Source: Geosiphon pyriformis uo1 (Eukaryota > Fungi > Glomeromycota). From it: a stretch of 64,000 nucleotides of DNA. Numbering within the stretch: position 1 is the first letter of the stretch; each line of letters starts with the position of its first letter. Shown in pieces: positions 28,624 through 41,061 of this stretch. The notes beneath the pieces are model-generated. The model saw nothing but the letters and a program-made list of their open reading frames with translations. It did no database searches and was not told the origin of the DNA. The position numbers and the translations under genes are program-made. The stretch lies in contig JAAOMT010000067.1 in the NCBI GenBank assembly GCA_016748015.1, positions 124,001 to 188,000 of the forward strand, in the 5' to 3' direction.

Positions 28624-29993
28624 TTCATGTTAATAATTATTATTGGTTCTAGATTTTGTGAAATCTTTTCTAATTGAACTAGTATTCTCTATACTCCTAA
28701 TTGTAAAATATTATTGGTCAATAATAATGCTATATTATGATACAGTTTTAGTCGATTATTATGTGCTGCTTTGGTTAAGATTTTGTTGTTTCATCTTAAT
28801 CTATAAGTTCCATTTCCTAGAATTTCTTCTATGTGAAATAGTTTGTCTCATTTGGAGTCAAATTTTTTACTCCATTGTTTTTCTACTTTGGTATGATGTA
28901 AAAATACTTTGTTTCCAATCTTGAATTCAACTGGTTTATCTGATAATTGATTATTGTGTCTTTTTTTTTGTTTTTTTTGTAATTTTTGGATGTTATCAAC
29001 TGCTCTTTGCTATTTGTTTTCTAGTGTTTCTATTAAGTCATATGTTCTTCTTAATAATGTTTCTTGGAAATTTTCTTCTGTTATTGGTTCTGTTGAATAT
29101 GTTTTAACTTCTATTTTGATTGGTACTGTTGCTGTTTTATTATATACTAATTTAAATGATGTAGTTTGTATAGTGTCTTGTTTCATTGTCCAATAAGCAA
29201 ATAATACTGATAATATAAACAAATCTCATTCATCTTGGTTTTTTTAGCTGATTTTGGCTATTGTTTGATACAATGTTCTATTGAATCTTTCAACTAAGCC
29301 ATTAGTTTGTGGATGATATGATAATAACAATGGTCTTTTAATTCCAAATTTTTAACTTAATTCTGCTAATATTCTGTTTACAAAATGAGTTTCTTGGTCA
29401 GATAACAATTTTTTTAAACATCCATGTTGGCAGATTAAATTTTGATGAACAAATTTGGCAACAGATTTTGCATCTGCTTTTTGAATTGCTTTTGCTTCTG
29501 GCTATTTAGTAAGATAATTTATGGCTACTGCAATATATCTATTTTCTCTGCTGGTTATTGTTAATACTCTGACTAAGTTAATTCCAATTCAATCAAATAG
29601 TTGTTTTATTTTAATTGGTTATAATGATTTGCTGAGTCTTGTCCTTTCTCTTCTCTAACAAACATCACAATTTTGAACATATTGAATAATGTCTGAATAT
29701 ATTAATGGCCAATAATATTTTTTTTTGGTTTTTTTTATAGTTGCTTCTTTATGAAAATATTCTGCTATTAGATCTCAGTATATGTTATATAGTATTGTTT
29801 CTTTTTTTGCTTTTGTGATTACTTTGAGTAATTAATCTGAATTCTTTTTGTTTTTCCAATATAATATATTCTGGTAAGTGATAAAATGTTTGGATTGTTG
29901 TTTTATGTTGTTTCACTTTTTTTGAGATAATTTTTTTTGGAATTGTTGAGTATTAATATAATATTAAAGTTGTTGATATTTTTGTGTATTTAT
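28612..29993 (-). pseudogene. Integrase of A'
   Basis: ORF 29010-29222 matches the A integrase; YYWP and YHPQTNGLVERFNRTL-type relics. Confidence 0.85.
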
Positions 29994-30024
29994 TTTTTGT
30001 TATATTTTTGGGTTGAAATGGTTT

Positions 30025-31782
30025 TTAGATTTGTTTTATTTGTAACAAACCATCAACATTTCCATTTTTTTTTCTTTTTTTATACTGTACTATATAATTA
30101 AATAGAAATAGTTTTATTTTTTATCTTGTATAATAGTTGTCTCCAAATTCTTGCTTCTGAATTGATGTTAATCTCTTGTAATTAGTGTATACATCAAACT
30201 TTTGACTTAAGTATTTCTTTTATTTGATGACAACTCAGTAGATAACTAAGTGCTCTAATGTTGGTGTTCTATAATTTTTCTCAGCTGGACTTAAGCTTTG
30301 GCTGGCATAAGCTACTGAATGTTTTTGTCCATCTGGTCTTTTCTGAGATAATACAGTTCTTAATACTTGACCAAATACATCAGTGGTAATAATGAATGGT
30401 TTAATGTGATCTGGATAAATTAATACTGGGGCTTGAATAAGTTTTCTTCTCAGTATGTCAAAAGCTTTTTGTTAGATTTCAGTCTATTTGTATTTGGAGT
30501 TCTTTGTTTGAAGTTGGTACAATAGTTAAGCTAATTTGAAAAAGTTTTTGATAAAGTGCTGATAGTATTTAGCAAATCTCAAAAATGCTTTTAATTCTGT
30601 CAAGTTTGTTAATACTAAAAAGTTCTTTATTATCTCTATTTTATCTGGATCTGTTTTGATTCCATCTTTGCTCATTACATGTTCCAAAAATTTCAACTCT
30701 GTTTTTCTGAAAAAGCACTTGGTGGCATTTAACTTTAGTTCTGCTTGTTTCAGTTTTTTAAACACTTGTTGTAAATAATAAAAATAGTCATCAAATGTTT
30801 TTGAAAATACGTTGGTATTATCTAAATACACAACTATTAATTTCCATAATAGTCTTCTATAAACAATTTTTATTAGTCATTGGAAGATGGCTGAAGTATT
30901 CATTAAGCCAAAAAGCATAACATTAAATTCAAAATTTTCTTCTTGGGTTATAAATACTGTCTTCTTCTTATTTTTTGGTTTTATGGCTACTTGCCAATAA
31001 TCACTATTCAAGTTTAATGTTAAGAACCATTTTTTTCCTCCAAATACATCAAAAAGTTTTTGAATCTTTGAGATTGGGTAGCTATCTTTTTTTGTTACTC
31101 CATTCAGTTTTTGGTAATTCACACAAAATCAAATTTTTCCATTTTTTTCAAACCAATACAATTGGTAAAGATCATGAACTTATTAATGATTGAATTAACC
31201 TATTGTTCAACATCCAGTTTATTTCCTGTCATATAATTTTATAGTTTGCTGGTAGTACCTGATATGCTTGTTGTTTAATTGGCATTGTATCTTTTGTCTT
31301 AATTTGGTATTGGATAATATTGGTTTTGCCAAATTTGTTCTCACTGGTAAAGATATCAGTAAAATTATTGAGTAATATTTTGAGTTGTATTTGTTGAAGT
31401 GGGTTCAAGTTTCTTAAGTTTATTTGTTCTAATTGTTCTGGTTGGAGCAAATAATATTCTTTTTATTTGTAAATTGTTTCTGATGTAATATTCACATATC
31501 TACATAGTTGTGAAAAATCTAGAATGAAGTTTGGTGGTTGCTTCTCAACTTCAATAATTAAGTATCTAATAATGGTCTCTTTTGTTATTTCAATGGAGTT
31601 TTCAGTTGTGTTGTAGATAGAAATTTTAATATGGTTGTTGTTTTTGGCTGGTATGTAAAAATTGGTAAGCCCAATTTTTTTGATTTACAAATGGTTGGCT
31701 TGGCTTCAAAAATCTGTAATTGATCTTTCACTTTTTTTTCTACTATTAATATATATTTGTCATATGATAGAATAGAAACTGG
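30025..31782 (-). pseudogene. RT/RNase H part of pol of A'
   Basis: ORFs 30526-30831 (YLDN from YLDD), 30877-31122 (YWQV...KTVFIT...FEFNVMLFGLMN) and 31229-31450. Confidence 0.9.
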
Positions 31783-32660
31783 TGTTACAGATGACAATTT
31801 CTGGTGTTGAATTAAATACGAACCCATAACTTGGTGCTCAAAGCTATTCTTATTGTCGATGATCTGAAGGTTTGGTATCTGAAGGTTTTGTATCTGAAGG
31901 ATTTGGTTGAGTTTTTTGTATAATGAACAGAGATTCAATGGTGATAGTTTTTTCTGTAGCTTTCTAAAACTGCAGTTTTGTCAATTTTTTTCTCAACTTG
32001 ATGGCTGGTATTCCTTCTGGTAAGCTATCCTCAATTGAGTGTTTTATTCTTATTTCTGGGTCTTTTACCAGTCACATTTATCCTGACATCAGTGTCCCAT
32101 GCATTAATCCTCAATAGAGTTAGTAAACAACAATAAAATCAAAACAAGAAAATAAAGAAAAGAAAATAAAATAAAGAAAGAAAAGAAATAAGCCAAGGCG
32201 ATTTGCAAGTTAGTATTCCATCAATAGCCATGATCAAGAACTATTGTTCTAGTGTGGTTAAGTATCAATTACTATCAACATAAAGTGTTGATAGTGGAAA
32301 TGGGTTTGAAATAACAAATAGTTATTTATTAGATGATTGTAATTTGGAGAATTGCTTAAATTAAATCTAAAACTAAGAGGTTTGTTTTTTCAGCTTTTAA
32401 TCCTGCTGCTATATATACATAATTGAGATTCCTCAATTCCTCAATTCTTCATGACAAGAATCCTGGAATTCCTGGAATCTTGCGATTCCTTTGAGAAAAA
32501 TCCTGAAATTCTGGAATCCTGCAATTTCTTATCGGAGAATCCTAAAATTCCTGGAATCCTGCAATTCCTGAGAGGAATCCTGGAATTCCATATTTACTAT
32601 GTCTACTTCTGATTGGCTAATAATCATGCTAATATATTTCCTATATTTCTATGAGTAACA
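31783..32660 (-). repeat. 3' LTR of A
   Basis: tgttac...gtaaca; direct repeat of the split LTR at 41082/51852. Confidence 0.97.
32409..32618 (-). promoter_or_regulatory. U3 promoter of A LTR: CCAAT box, GGA(A)TTCC(A) tandem array, TATA box
   Basis: Minus strand agccaatc (32611-32618), array of ggaatcct/ggaattcc units (32424-32590), and tatatata (32410-32417). Function is inferred from position. Confidence 0.6.
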
Positions 32661-32675
32661 TTATTCCTTCCTTTT
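32661..32675 (-). other. Polypurine tract of A
   Basis: aaaaggaaggaataa abutting the 3' LTR. Confidence 0.9.
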
Positions 32676-33370
32676 AATATTCAGCTCTATCAAAATCCAA
32701 CTTGTTTAATTCTCCCTCTTGAAGTATTTTCTGGATTTCATTTTTGAGAATTACTTGTGTTATTTGGGTCTGTAATTCTTTAAATTGAGCATTGGTAATT
32801 TTTCCCAATTGATTACTGGTAACCATATCTATTGCTTTGTTGAGTAATATTTCTGGTCTATCCTGAAATGTTGTGTGTATTCGGTATATAGCTCAGGCCT
32901 GTGTGGATAAGTTGTTCTTTTCCACAAAATGTTCTAATTATTGTAGTATTCTTTTGTTGAATAATTGCTTTGTTTTATCCATATATAGATTCTGAATATT
33001 TACATGTTGTCCCAAGTAAAAATAACAATAGTTTTGTGGAAATTGTTGTATCTATCAATTCCAAGTTTCTTTAGTCAACTCTTGATATAGTGATTCTTTT
33101 GTCAACTCTCTTATTGCTAAATTTTACTTTCGCAATGATTTTGTCCACAGTATTTTCAGTTTTCTTCTGTGTTCTGGATTGCAATGTCTTTCTAGTATCT
33201 TGATATTGAATGGTTTGTTGATTGATTGTAATCTCTATTTCCTGGTGTTGGATCAATTGAAAGAGTTGTTGTGCTAGTGAGTGAATGTTGTCTGTAATTT
33301 CCATTTTTCTGATATTTCCTGTCATGTTTACCATGTCTTTATATATTCTTTTGATGGATCAATTTGACAT
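32674..33370 (-). pseudogene. Accessory ORF3 of A (unknown function)
   Basis: ORF 33071-33334 plus a frameshifted continuation YCYFYLGQHV...AIYRIHTTF...QLGKITNAQFKEL, homologous to ORF3 of B, C and D. Confidence 0.8.
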
Positions 33371-34717
33371 GTTGTTGTCAATAATAATGATTGGTTCCAG
33401 ATCTCGTGAAATCTGATTTGGTTGGACTAGTATTCTCTGTACTCCTAATTGTGGAATATTACTGGTGGATGGTAGTATGGTGTTGTGGTATGGTTTCAGT
33501 CGATCTCCATGTGCTGCTTTGGTTAAGATTTTGTTATTCAGTCTAAATTTGTAAGCTCTATTTCCTAGAATTTTTTCTATGTGAAATGGTCTGTCCTATT
33601 TGGGGTCAAATTTTCTACTGCATTGTTTTTCTGCTTTGGTATGATGTAAGAGTACTTTGTCTTCAATCTTGAATTCAACTGGTTTGTCTGGTAGTTGATT
33701 ATCATGTCTTTTTTTTTGTTTCTCTTGTGACTTTTGTATGTTATCAGCTGCTCTTTTTAAGTTATATGTTCTTCTTAACAATGTTTCTTGGAAATTTTCT
33801 TCTGTTATTGATTCAGTTGGATATGTGTTGACTTCTATCTTTACTGGTAATGTTGCTGTTCTACCGTATACTAATTCAAATGGTGTTGCTTGTGTAGTGT
33901 CTTGCTTCATTGTTTGATAAGCAAATAGTACTGATGGTATCAACACATCTCAATTGTTCTGGTTTTCTTGACTGAACTTAGCTATTGCTTTACACAATGT
34001 TCTGTTGAATTTTTTGACTAATCCGTTGGTTTGTGGATGGTATGGTGATGATAGTGGTCTCTTAATTTCGAATCTTTGGCTCAATTCTGTTAATGTTCTG
34101 TTCACAAAATGAGTTCCTTGGTCTGATAATAATTTCTTTGGACATCCATGTTAACAAATTAAATCTTGATGAATGAATTTGGCAACGGATTCTGCATCCA
34201 CTTTTTGAATTGCTTTTGCCTCTGGCCATTTAGTGAGATAGTCCATGACTACTGCTATGTATCTGTTTCCTCCTCTGGTGATTGTTAATGGTCTGACTAG
34301 ATTAATTCCAATATGGTCAAATGGTTGTCCCACTTTAATTGGTCTTAATGGTTCACTGGGTTTTGTTCCTTCTCTTCGCTGACAAGCATCACAATTTTAA
34401 ACATATTGGATGATGTCTGGATACATTGATGGCCAATAGTATTTTTTTCTGGTTCTTTTTATGGTTACTTCTTTGTGAAAGTGTCTTGCTGTTGGATTTG
34501 AATGCATGTTGAATAATATTGTCTCTTTTTCTGGCTCTGTAATTACTCTGGTTGGTTGCTCTAGCTCTCTTCTATTTTTCCAATAAAGTATATTTTGGTA
34601 AGTGATAAAATATTTTAATTGTTGTTTGATACTCTTTCGTTTTGTTTGAGATAAATTCTCCTTGAACTGTTGAGTGTTTATATAATGTTGCAGTTGTTGA
34701 TATTTTTGTATGTTCAT
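33359..34717 (-). pseudogene. Integrase of A (own ATG)
   Basis: ORFs 34397-34717 (H..H, YYWP), 34151-34333 (PFDHIGINLV...DYLTKWPEA) and 33596-33946 share one frame, different from the RT frame; GPF/Y-like C-terminal domain. Confidence 0.92.
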
Positions 34718-34778
34718 CTTTTGTTATATTTTTTGTTGGTATTGTTCTGGTTTTATTATATTTTGGGTTGAAATGTTC

Positions 34779-37700
34779 TTAGATTTGTTTCATTCATGAC
34801 AAACCATCAGTATTTCTGTTGTCTTTTCCCTTTTTATAATGTATAGTATAATTATATAGTGTGAATGCCATTTTCTATTTTGACTATCTTCCATCTCCAA
34901 ATTCTTGTTTTTGAAGTGATGTTAATCCTTTGTGATCTGTGTATACTTCAAACTTCTGGCTCAAGTATTTTTTCTATTTCATGACTGCCCAGTATATTGC
35001 TAAGTGTTTTTGTTCCAGTGTTTCATAGTTCTTTTCGGCTGGTGTTAAACTTTTGCTGGCATATGCTACTGGATGTTTTCTGCCGTTTGGTTCTCTCTGA
35101 GATAATACTGCTTCCAATGCTTGGCCAAATAGATTGGTGATAATGATGAATGGTTTGCTATAATCTGGATAGATCAGTACTGGAGCTTGAATGAGCTTTT
35201 TTTTCAGAATATCAAAAGCTTCTTGTTGACTTTCTGTCCATTCATATTTTGTATTCTTGGTTTGCAGTTGGTTGAGTGGCTGCGCTATCTTGGAAAAGTT
35301 CTTGATAAAATGTCGATAGTAGCTGGCAAATTCCAAAAATGATTTCAGTTCTGTCATATTTGTCAGCACTGAAAAGTTCTTTACTATCTCTATTTTCTTT
35401 GGATCCATTTTGATGCTGTCTTTGCTGACTATTTGTCCCAAGAATTTTAGTTCTGTTTTGCCGAAAAAACACTTTGTTGCATTTAACTTTAGTCCTGCTT
35501 TTCTTAGTCTTTCGAACACTTGTTGAAGATGATAAAGATGATCATCAAATGTTTTTGAAAATACATTGGTGTCATCCAAGTATACAACTACTAATTTCTA
35601 CAATAAGCCCATATAAACAATTTCCATTAGCCTTTGGAAAGTGGCTGGTGCATTGGTTAAGCCAAATGGTATTACTTTAAATTCAAAATTTTTTTCTTTG
35701 GTGGTAAATGCTGTCTTTTCTTTGTTAGCTGGATCTATGGCTACTTGCCAGTAACCACTGTCCAGGTCTAATGTTGAAAACTATTTGTTTCCACTGAAAG
35801 CATCAAATAATTCTTGGATCCGTGGAGTGGGGTAGCTATCTCCATGAATTACTCTATTGAGTTTTCTATAATCCACACAAAAGCGGATCTTTCCATTCTT
35901 TTTATAAACAAGTACCACTAGTGACAACCATGGGCTCATTGATGGCTGAATTAGCCCATTGTCAAGCATTCGGTTTATTTCTTGCCGGATAATCTCATGG
36001 CTAGCTGGTGGTACTCTGTATGCTCTTTGTTTAATTGGCATTGCATTTCCAGTCTTGATCTGATGCTGGATAATATCCGTTCAGCCAAACTCATTTTTGC
36101 TGGCAAAGATGTCATTGAAATTGTTGAGCAACATCTTAAGTTGCATATTTTGAAGTGGATCCAAGTTTCTCATGTTCATTTGTTCTAATTGTTCTGGTTG
36201 GAGCAAATAACATTCACTTCGTCCATATATTGTTTGTGATGTTATATCAACATATTCACAAAGCTGTGGAAAGTTTGGAATGGGGTTTGGTGGTTGGTCT
36301 TCTATTTCTGTGGTTAAATATCCGATGGTGGTTTCTTCTGGTATATTGATGACATTGTCAGTGTTGTTGTAGATGGGAATTTTTATGCGGTTATAGCTTT
36401 TGGCTGGTATGTGAAGATTGCTTAGTCCAATCTCTCCTGATTCACAAAGGTTTGCTTCAGCTTCAAAAATTTGTTCTTGCTCCTTTTCCTTCTTTTTTAT
36501 TGCTAGCATGTACTGGCTATATGATAGAATAGAAATAGCTTGACCGGTTGAGATAATTTTTTCTTGGCCAACAATTTCTTCCTCTGTCATATTAACTGGT
36601 ACATCTATTCTACTAGTTAACCCAAATCCCTGTATTCCTCTTGCTGTTATCCCTAATTCCTCCCTCTTTTTTACTGATACCAACTGAGCTACTCTAACCA
36701 GAGGCAGAAATATTGCCTGTGCTATCTTTTTGTTGGATTCTATTATATAGGTCTTTTCTGAGTCATTTTGTAACATAGTGATGATATTTCTTACATATCC
36801 TGTGTCAATTATTTCTCCTCTTATATTAATCCCTTTTTTCACTAAACTATTCCTAGATGCTAATTGAATCATTGTTGTTGCTGGAATTTCCAGCACTATT
36901 TTCAGATCAATACAGGTGCGCAAATGTGGTTCCAATTTGATGGCATCTTTTTCTGAAAATCTTAGATCAAACCTGGTATCAGTATCATGCATGCATTCTG
37001 GCATGATACCTTCATCATTATCATTGAACCATTTCAGTTTCTGTTCCTTAGTGAGGTCAGAGAGTGCGATATATTGTTCATAGTTTAAATCGGAGTTGAA
37101 ATCTGAGTTGGAATTGTTGTCGTTGTTAATGCCATTTTGAACAGAACTGGAACTGGTGTTTTTGTTGTCATCTTTGTTGAAGTTTGAATCGGAATTGAAA
37201 ATCAATTCCAATTCCAATGTGCAGCTGCTAATTGGTTCTTCCTCTTCAGGAATTGTGTAGATCATGCGTGGTGGTAGATTGTAAATGAAGTCACACTCAT
37301 TACAATATTGGAAGTTACATGGAATCAAACAATAGTTACATAGTCGAGTGTTTATTTCTTCCAATATTTGTTCCTGCTCTTCTCTGATGGGTGCTAAGTT
37401 CTGATAGTGTTCATGAAATTCTTCTGGGCTGTTTTCTAAGTTGAAAAAGGCATACAGATTGAGAACCAAAACAATGTTTGTTGGTTCTGGAGGGTTGTTT
37501 TTGATCTTCAGAATTTCACTGGGCAAAGTGCCCTCTACTTTGGCATTGGCCATTTACCAGATTTCATTTTTGTTGTGTGGGTAACCTTCTAAGTGAGAGA
37601 TTACTCGGTGCCAGGCGGCTGTTATTGGCATGTCGCAACTCACCCAATCACTAATGAGGATTGTGTATTGGCATGAAGTGTCGCACATTTCTTCTTGACC

Positions 37701-40700
37701 AGGAATGTCATTCCACATTCCTTTGTCGAGTAACTGTTCGCCGCAAGCGAGACATGGTTTGTTGTCCCACTTGCCTTGTCGTTTTGGGTAACTATAGCAT
37801 TCTCTATGGCATGGTTTGCAGTAGTAGTGGGTTCATGTCTAGTAGTCTTCGTTTGGTGTGATTCATGCTCCCATGGAAAAAAGTTTCTTCTTGCAGTCCT
37901 GACATTTTAAGGGAATGTAAGGTGGCTTCTTTACTGGCTTACGTAAGTATTTTCTTTTCCAGCCACTGGTTATTTTTTCTGTGGCTTCGTTGGCTTTTCC
38001 AGATAAGTCTTCTTCTTTCTTCTTTCTTTTCCCTTTTTTTTCCCAGCTGGTTGGTATTGCTTTGCTTTCGTCATCATTATTCCAGGCATCAATAGTGGTC
38101 TCACAGGTATGTTCTTCTGTTTCTGTTCTTTTTCCTTTTATATTGTTCATTTCTTCCCAGTCTAGAATTGGTGGTAGCTCATTGTGTTTGACGTCGGCCC
38201 ACAATACTTGGTACATCTTCCAAGTAGGCTTTGGTTTTTCCTCCTCGAAATCGATGAGCAGCATTGATGATGTGACGTTGTTAGGTTTGAAATGGCCACA
38301 CGTAGCTAGTACTTACGTGTATTGGCTGTTTTGGCTAAGTTGGAATTCCTGTGTGTTTCAGTCAAGCATTGCGTTGGTTTTGAACAACCAGTTGTTGTCA
38401 ACGAGAGCTTGGTACTGGGTTGCTTCCATTACTAATATCTTGATTGATACAGTGATACCATTGATTTCAATGGATAGATTGTTAATCTCGCCAATGGGAG
38501 TTTTGGTTGCTCTATCGGCTGTTATGATTCTGGCACTGGCAGCACAATCAACTTGGCAACCTAATTGGTCCATAAGTTGTCATGTGATAATGCTGCCTGC
38601 TAACCCACTATCAAGAATAAGCTTGATGGAATGGCCATCAATTTTGGTATTGGTGTACATCGCCGTAATGGGTTTTTCCTCAATAGTGGCTTCGCTGAAC
38701 AAAAGAATTCCTGATGGTTCCTCAATTTCAAATGGGAATATGGTTGCAAGTGACTCGTCTTCTGTGACAGTGGCTGGTGGAATATTGCTGGTGAGTGTTA
38801 ATTGTTGGTTGGATCCCGAATTGGTGTTGGTGGCATCTTCTGGGGTAACCAAGAGACTTAAATAGTTCTGGAAATTTGGGTTTTGGATGGCACTAGTACC
38901 CGAATTTTGTGAATGCAATCCTAATGGTAAGTTGAAAGAACTGGGGATCAGTTAGTGGACAACTATTGCCAATCTCCAGTTTTGTGTTATTCTAGATCTG
39001 GGGTGGCCTGATGTTATATTAACTGAATTTTGGGGTGGTGTCTGAATTGATTGGGGTTGATAAATTATTTGGGGTTGTGACTGATAGATTACTGGTGGCT
39101 GTGGTTAATAAATTTGAGGTTGATATACTGGCAGTTGATAGATTGGTGGCTGCGTCATTAGCAAGTAAGTAGTTTGATCTTGATTTGGGTAATGATTCAG
39201 AGTTTGAAATCTGTGATCAAGATTTTGATATTGATTTCCCAATTGTGAATTGTTGCTATAAAATTTGCAGTCTGTTTTTATGTGTTCTTGTTTACCACAG
39301 TTGTGGCAAACACATGTTTTTGGCTGCCATGACTGATTAGGTGCTGCTGATGATAATGATAGACATAACTGATTTTGGAAATGATTCACATTTTCTGGAT
39401 TGTTGTGTTATTGTGGTAGTTGATAAATTGCGCGATTGTCAGTTAAGTATTCCTTTAACTTCTGATTAATTGAATCACTGAATTGTTTCAATTTAGAATC
39501 CAATTCAGATGATCTATTCATCACTAGGTTCACAGCATAGGCATAATTGACTTCTAATTTGGCAGATTTGAAATCTCTGGCATGTGTGACTGCATTCTGG
39601 AGAGTGGTTGGATACAATGGGCATATGTGTTGCAGGATGCTACTGCACAGACCATGAATAAATTGATTGAAAATTTGTGGCACTGTGAAATAATTAGCAT
39701 CAATTGCTTGGATTTGTTGGAGATTTCTATGGAAGTGTCCCAGATATGTGGTAACTGCTTCAGTTTCTCCTTGTTTAATTGTAGTGAAAGTGTTGGCTAA
39801 TCTGTTGATACTGTTGTTATTGCTAAAGTATCTCAAAAATTCTAATTTGAAGGTGTTGAAATCTTGGAGTTTGTCAATCAGGCTTTGATACCATAAATCT
39901 GCTGTATCCTTAAGAAAATAAGGTATGACTTACATGGCTCTGACGTCATTCCATCTATTGGCTGTGATGGCTTTTTCTATATTGTTTAGCCAAACTTGTG
40001 TGTCATCCTCTTTGTTGGTGAATTTGTCAAGCTTTGTGATTGGTGCATATGCCATTTGTTGTTGTTGCTGTGGTGGAAGTTGTTATTGTTGTTGAGGTAA
40101 TACTGGAAGTGGTTGTTAATTTTGTTGGTTCAGTATTTGGATGGGCTGACCAATTAGTTCAACTGGTGGTTAATCAATGACAATAACTGGAGGTAAGTGT
40201 TGATTAATTACTTCGGAGTTTTGATTTTGTGGTGCTTGAATATTTGGAGTTTTGATTTCTGAATTTTCTCACTGAGTTTAAATGTTCGGGAATTCAAATT
40301 CTGGGTTTTCAAGGATCGGGTTTTAATAAGTAAATTTTTGATCTTCCGATTTTTCTTCCTTTTCTTCTTCAGATAGTTCTCATGGGGTAGTGGTTCCAAA
40401 GTCCAGTTGAGGTGGCAGTGATCAAATTCCTAATGGTGTTAGTGATTGCAACTTAAATCCTTCAAAATATTTGCCATATAGTCCTAGTAGATCTGTTTTT
40501 TTTTGTTTACTTTGGAATAGAAATTGTCTGAATGTTGATATCGCGTTTGATGTGGACGTATTTGCTAATGTTATATTGATGGCGCTTCCTGGTGTGTAGT
40601 GATAAGATGGAACAGTTGGTGATTCAACTCTTGTTTTCTTCCAAGTGGGTGGTTGTATCCTTTTGGGTGTTACTGCTGGTGTTTGTAGTTTTCCTTTGCC

Positions 40701-41019
40701 TTTATTGGTGTAAGTAATTAGATATCTTTGTTGGGTGTGATGTTCAATTTCTTTGTTGATCTCAGTAATAAAGGAGGCAAAATTGTGATTTGTTGGCAGA
40801 TTGGTATTTTTGAATTAATTCTCTATAGAAAGTTTCCCTGGCTGATTCAGTATTCACTGGTGTTCCTAACAAAGAGAAAATCTTTTCATTGATGTAAAAA
40901 TTAAAGACTGATTTGGCAGATATATGATTGTGGTTTAATCCCAAATGTTGACAATAGTGTTGAAATAAGGATTTTGCGAATCCTAAATGGTTTACTCCTA
41001 TGTTTTCTAATTCTGCCAC
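34779..41019 (-). pseudogene. Gag-Pol of A (N-extension, capsid, CCHC, protease, Cys-rich module, dUTPase, RT, RNase H)
   Basis: Eight ORF fragments from 34974 to 39836 lie in one frame: CHNCGKQEHIKTDC knuckle, LILDSG protease, dUTPase motifs, VYLDD RT, HPVAYASKSL RNase H. Confidence 0.93.
36610..37010 (-). pseudogene. dut: dUTPase domain within pol of A
   Basis: All five trimeric dUTPase motifs are recognisable: xFDL, SRNSL, IIDTGY, KIAQAIF, RGIQGFG. Confidence 0.88.
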
Positions 41020-41061
41020 TTTTGGATGGTGTTTGTTGGTGCTGGTTTTTTGTAAGATTAT

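Noticed and set aside
28325-29196. Hydrophobic plus-strand ORFs resembling membrane proteins (possible env)
   Set aside because: They are antisense to A-rich IN/ORF3 coding sequence; T-rich codons give F/L/I/V artefactually.
31585-31938. 117-aa ORF
   Set aside because: It is a chimeric frame across the A LTR / A' pol insertion junction, not a gene.
37981-38865. 294-aa plus-strand ORF antisense to the protease region of A
   Set aside because: It is a shadow of the coding strand, has no motifs, and is not open at comparable length in A' or B.
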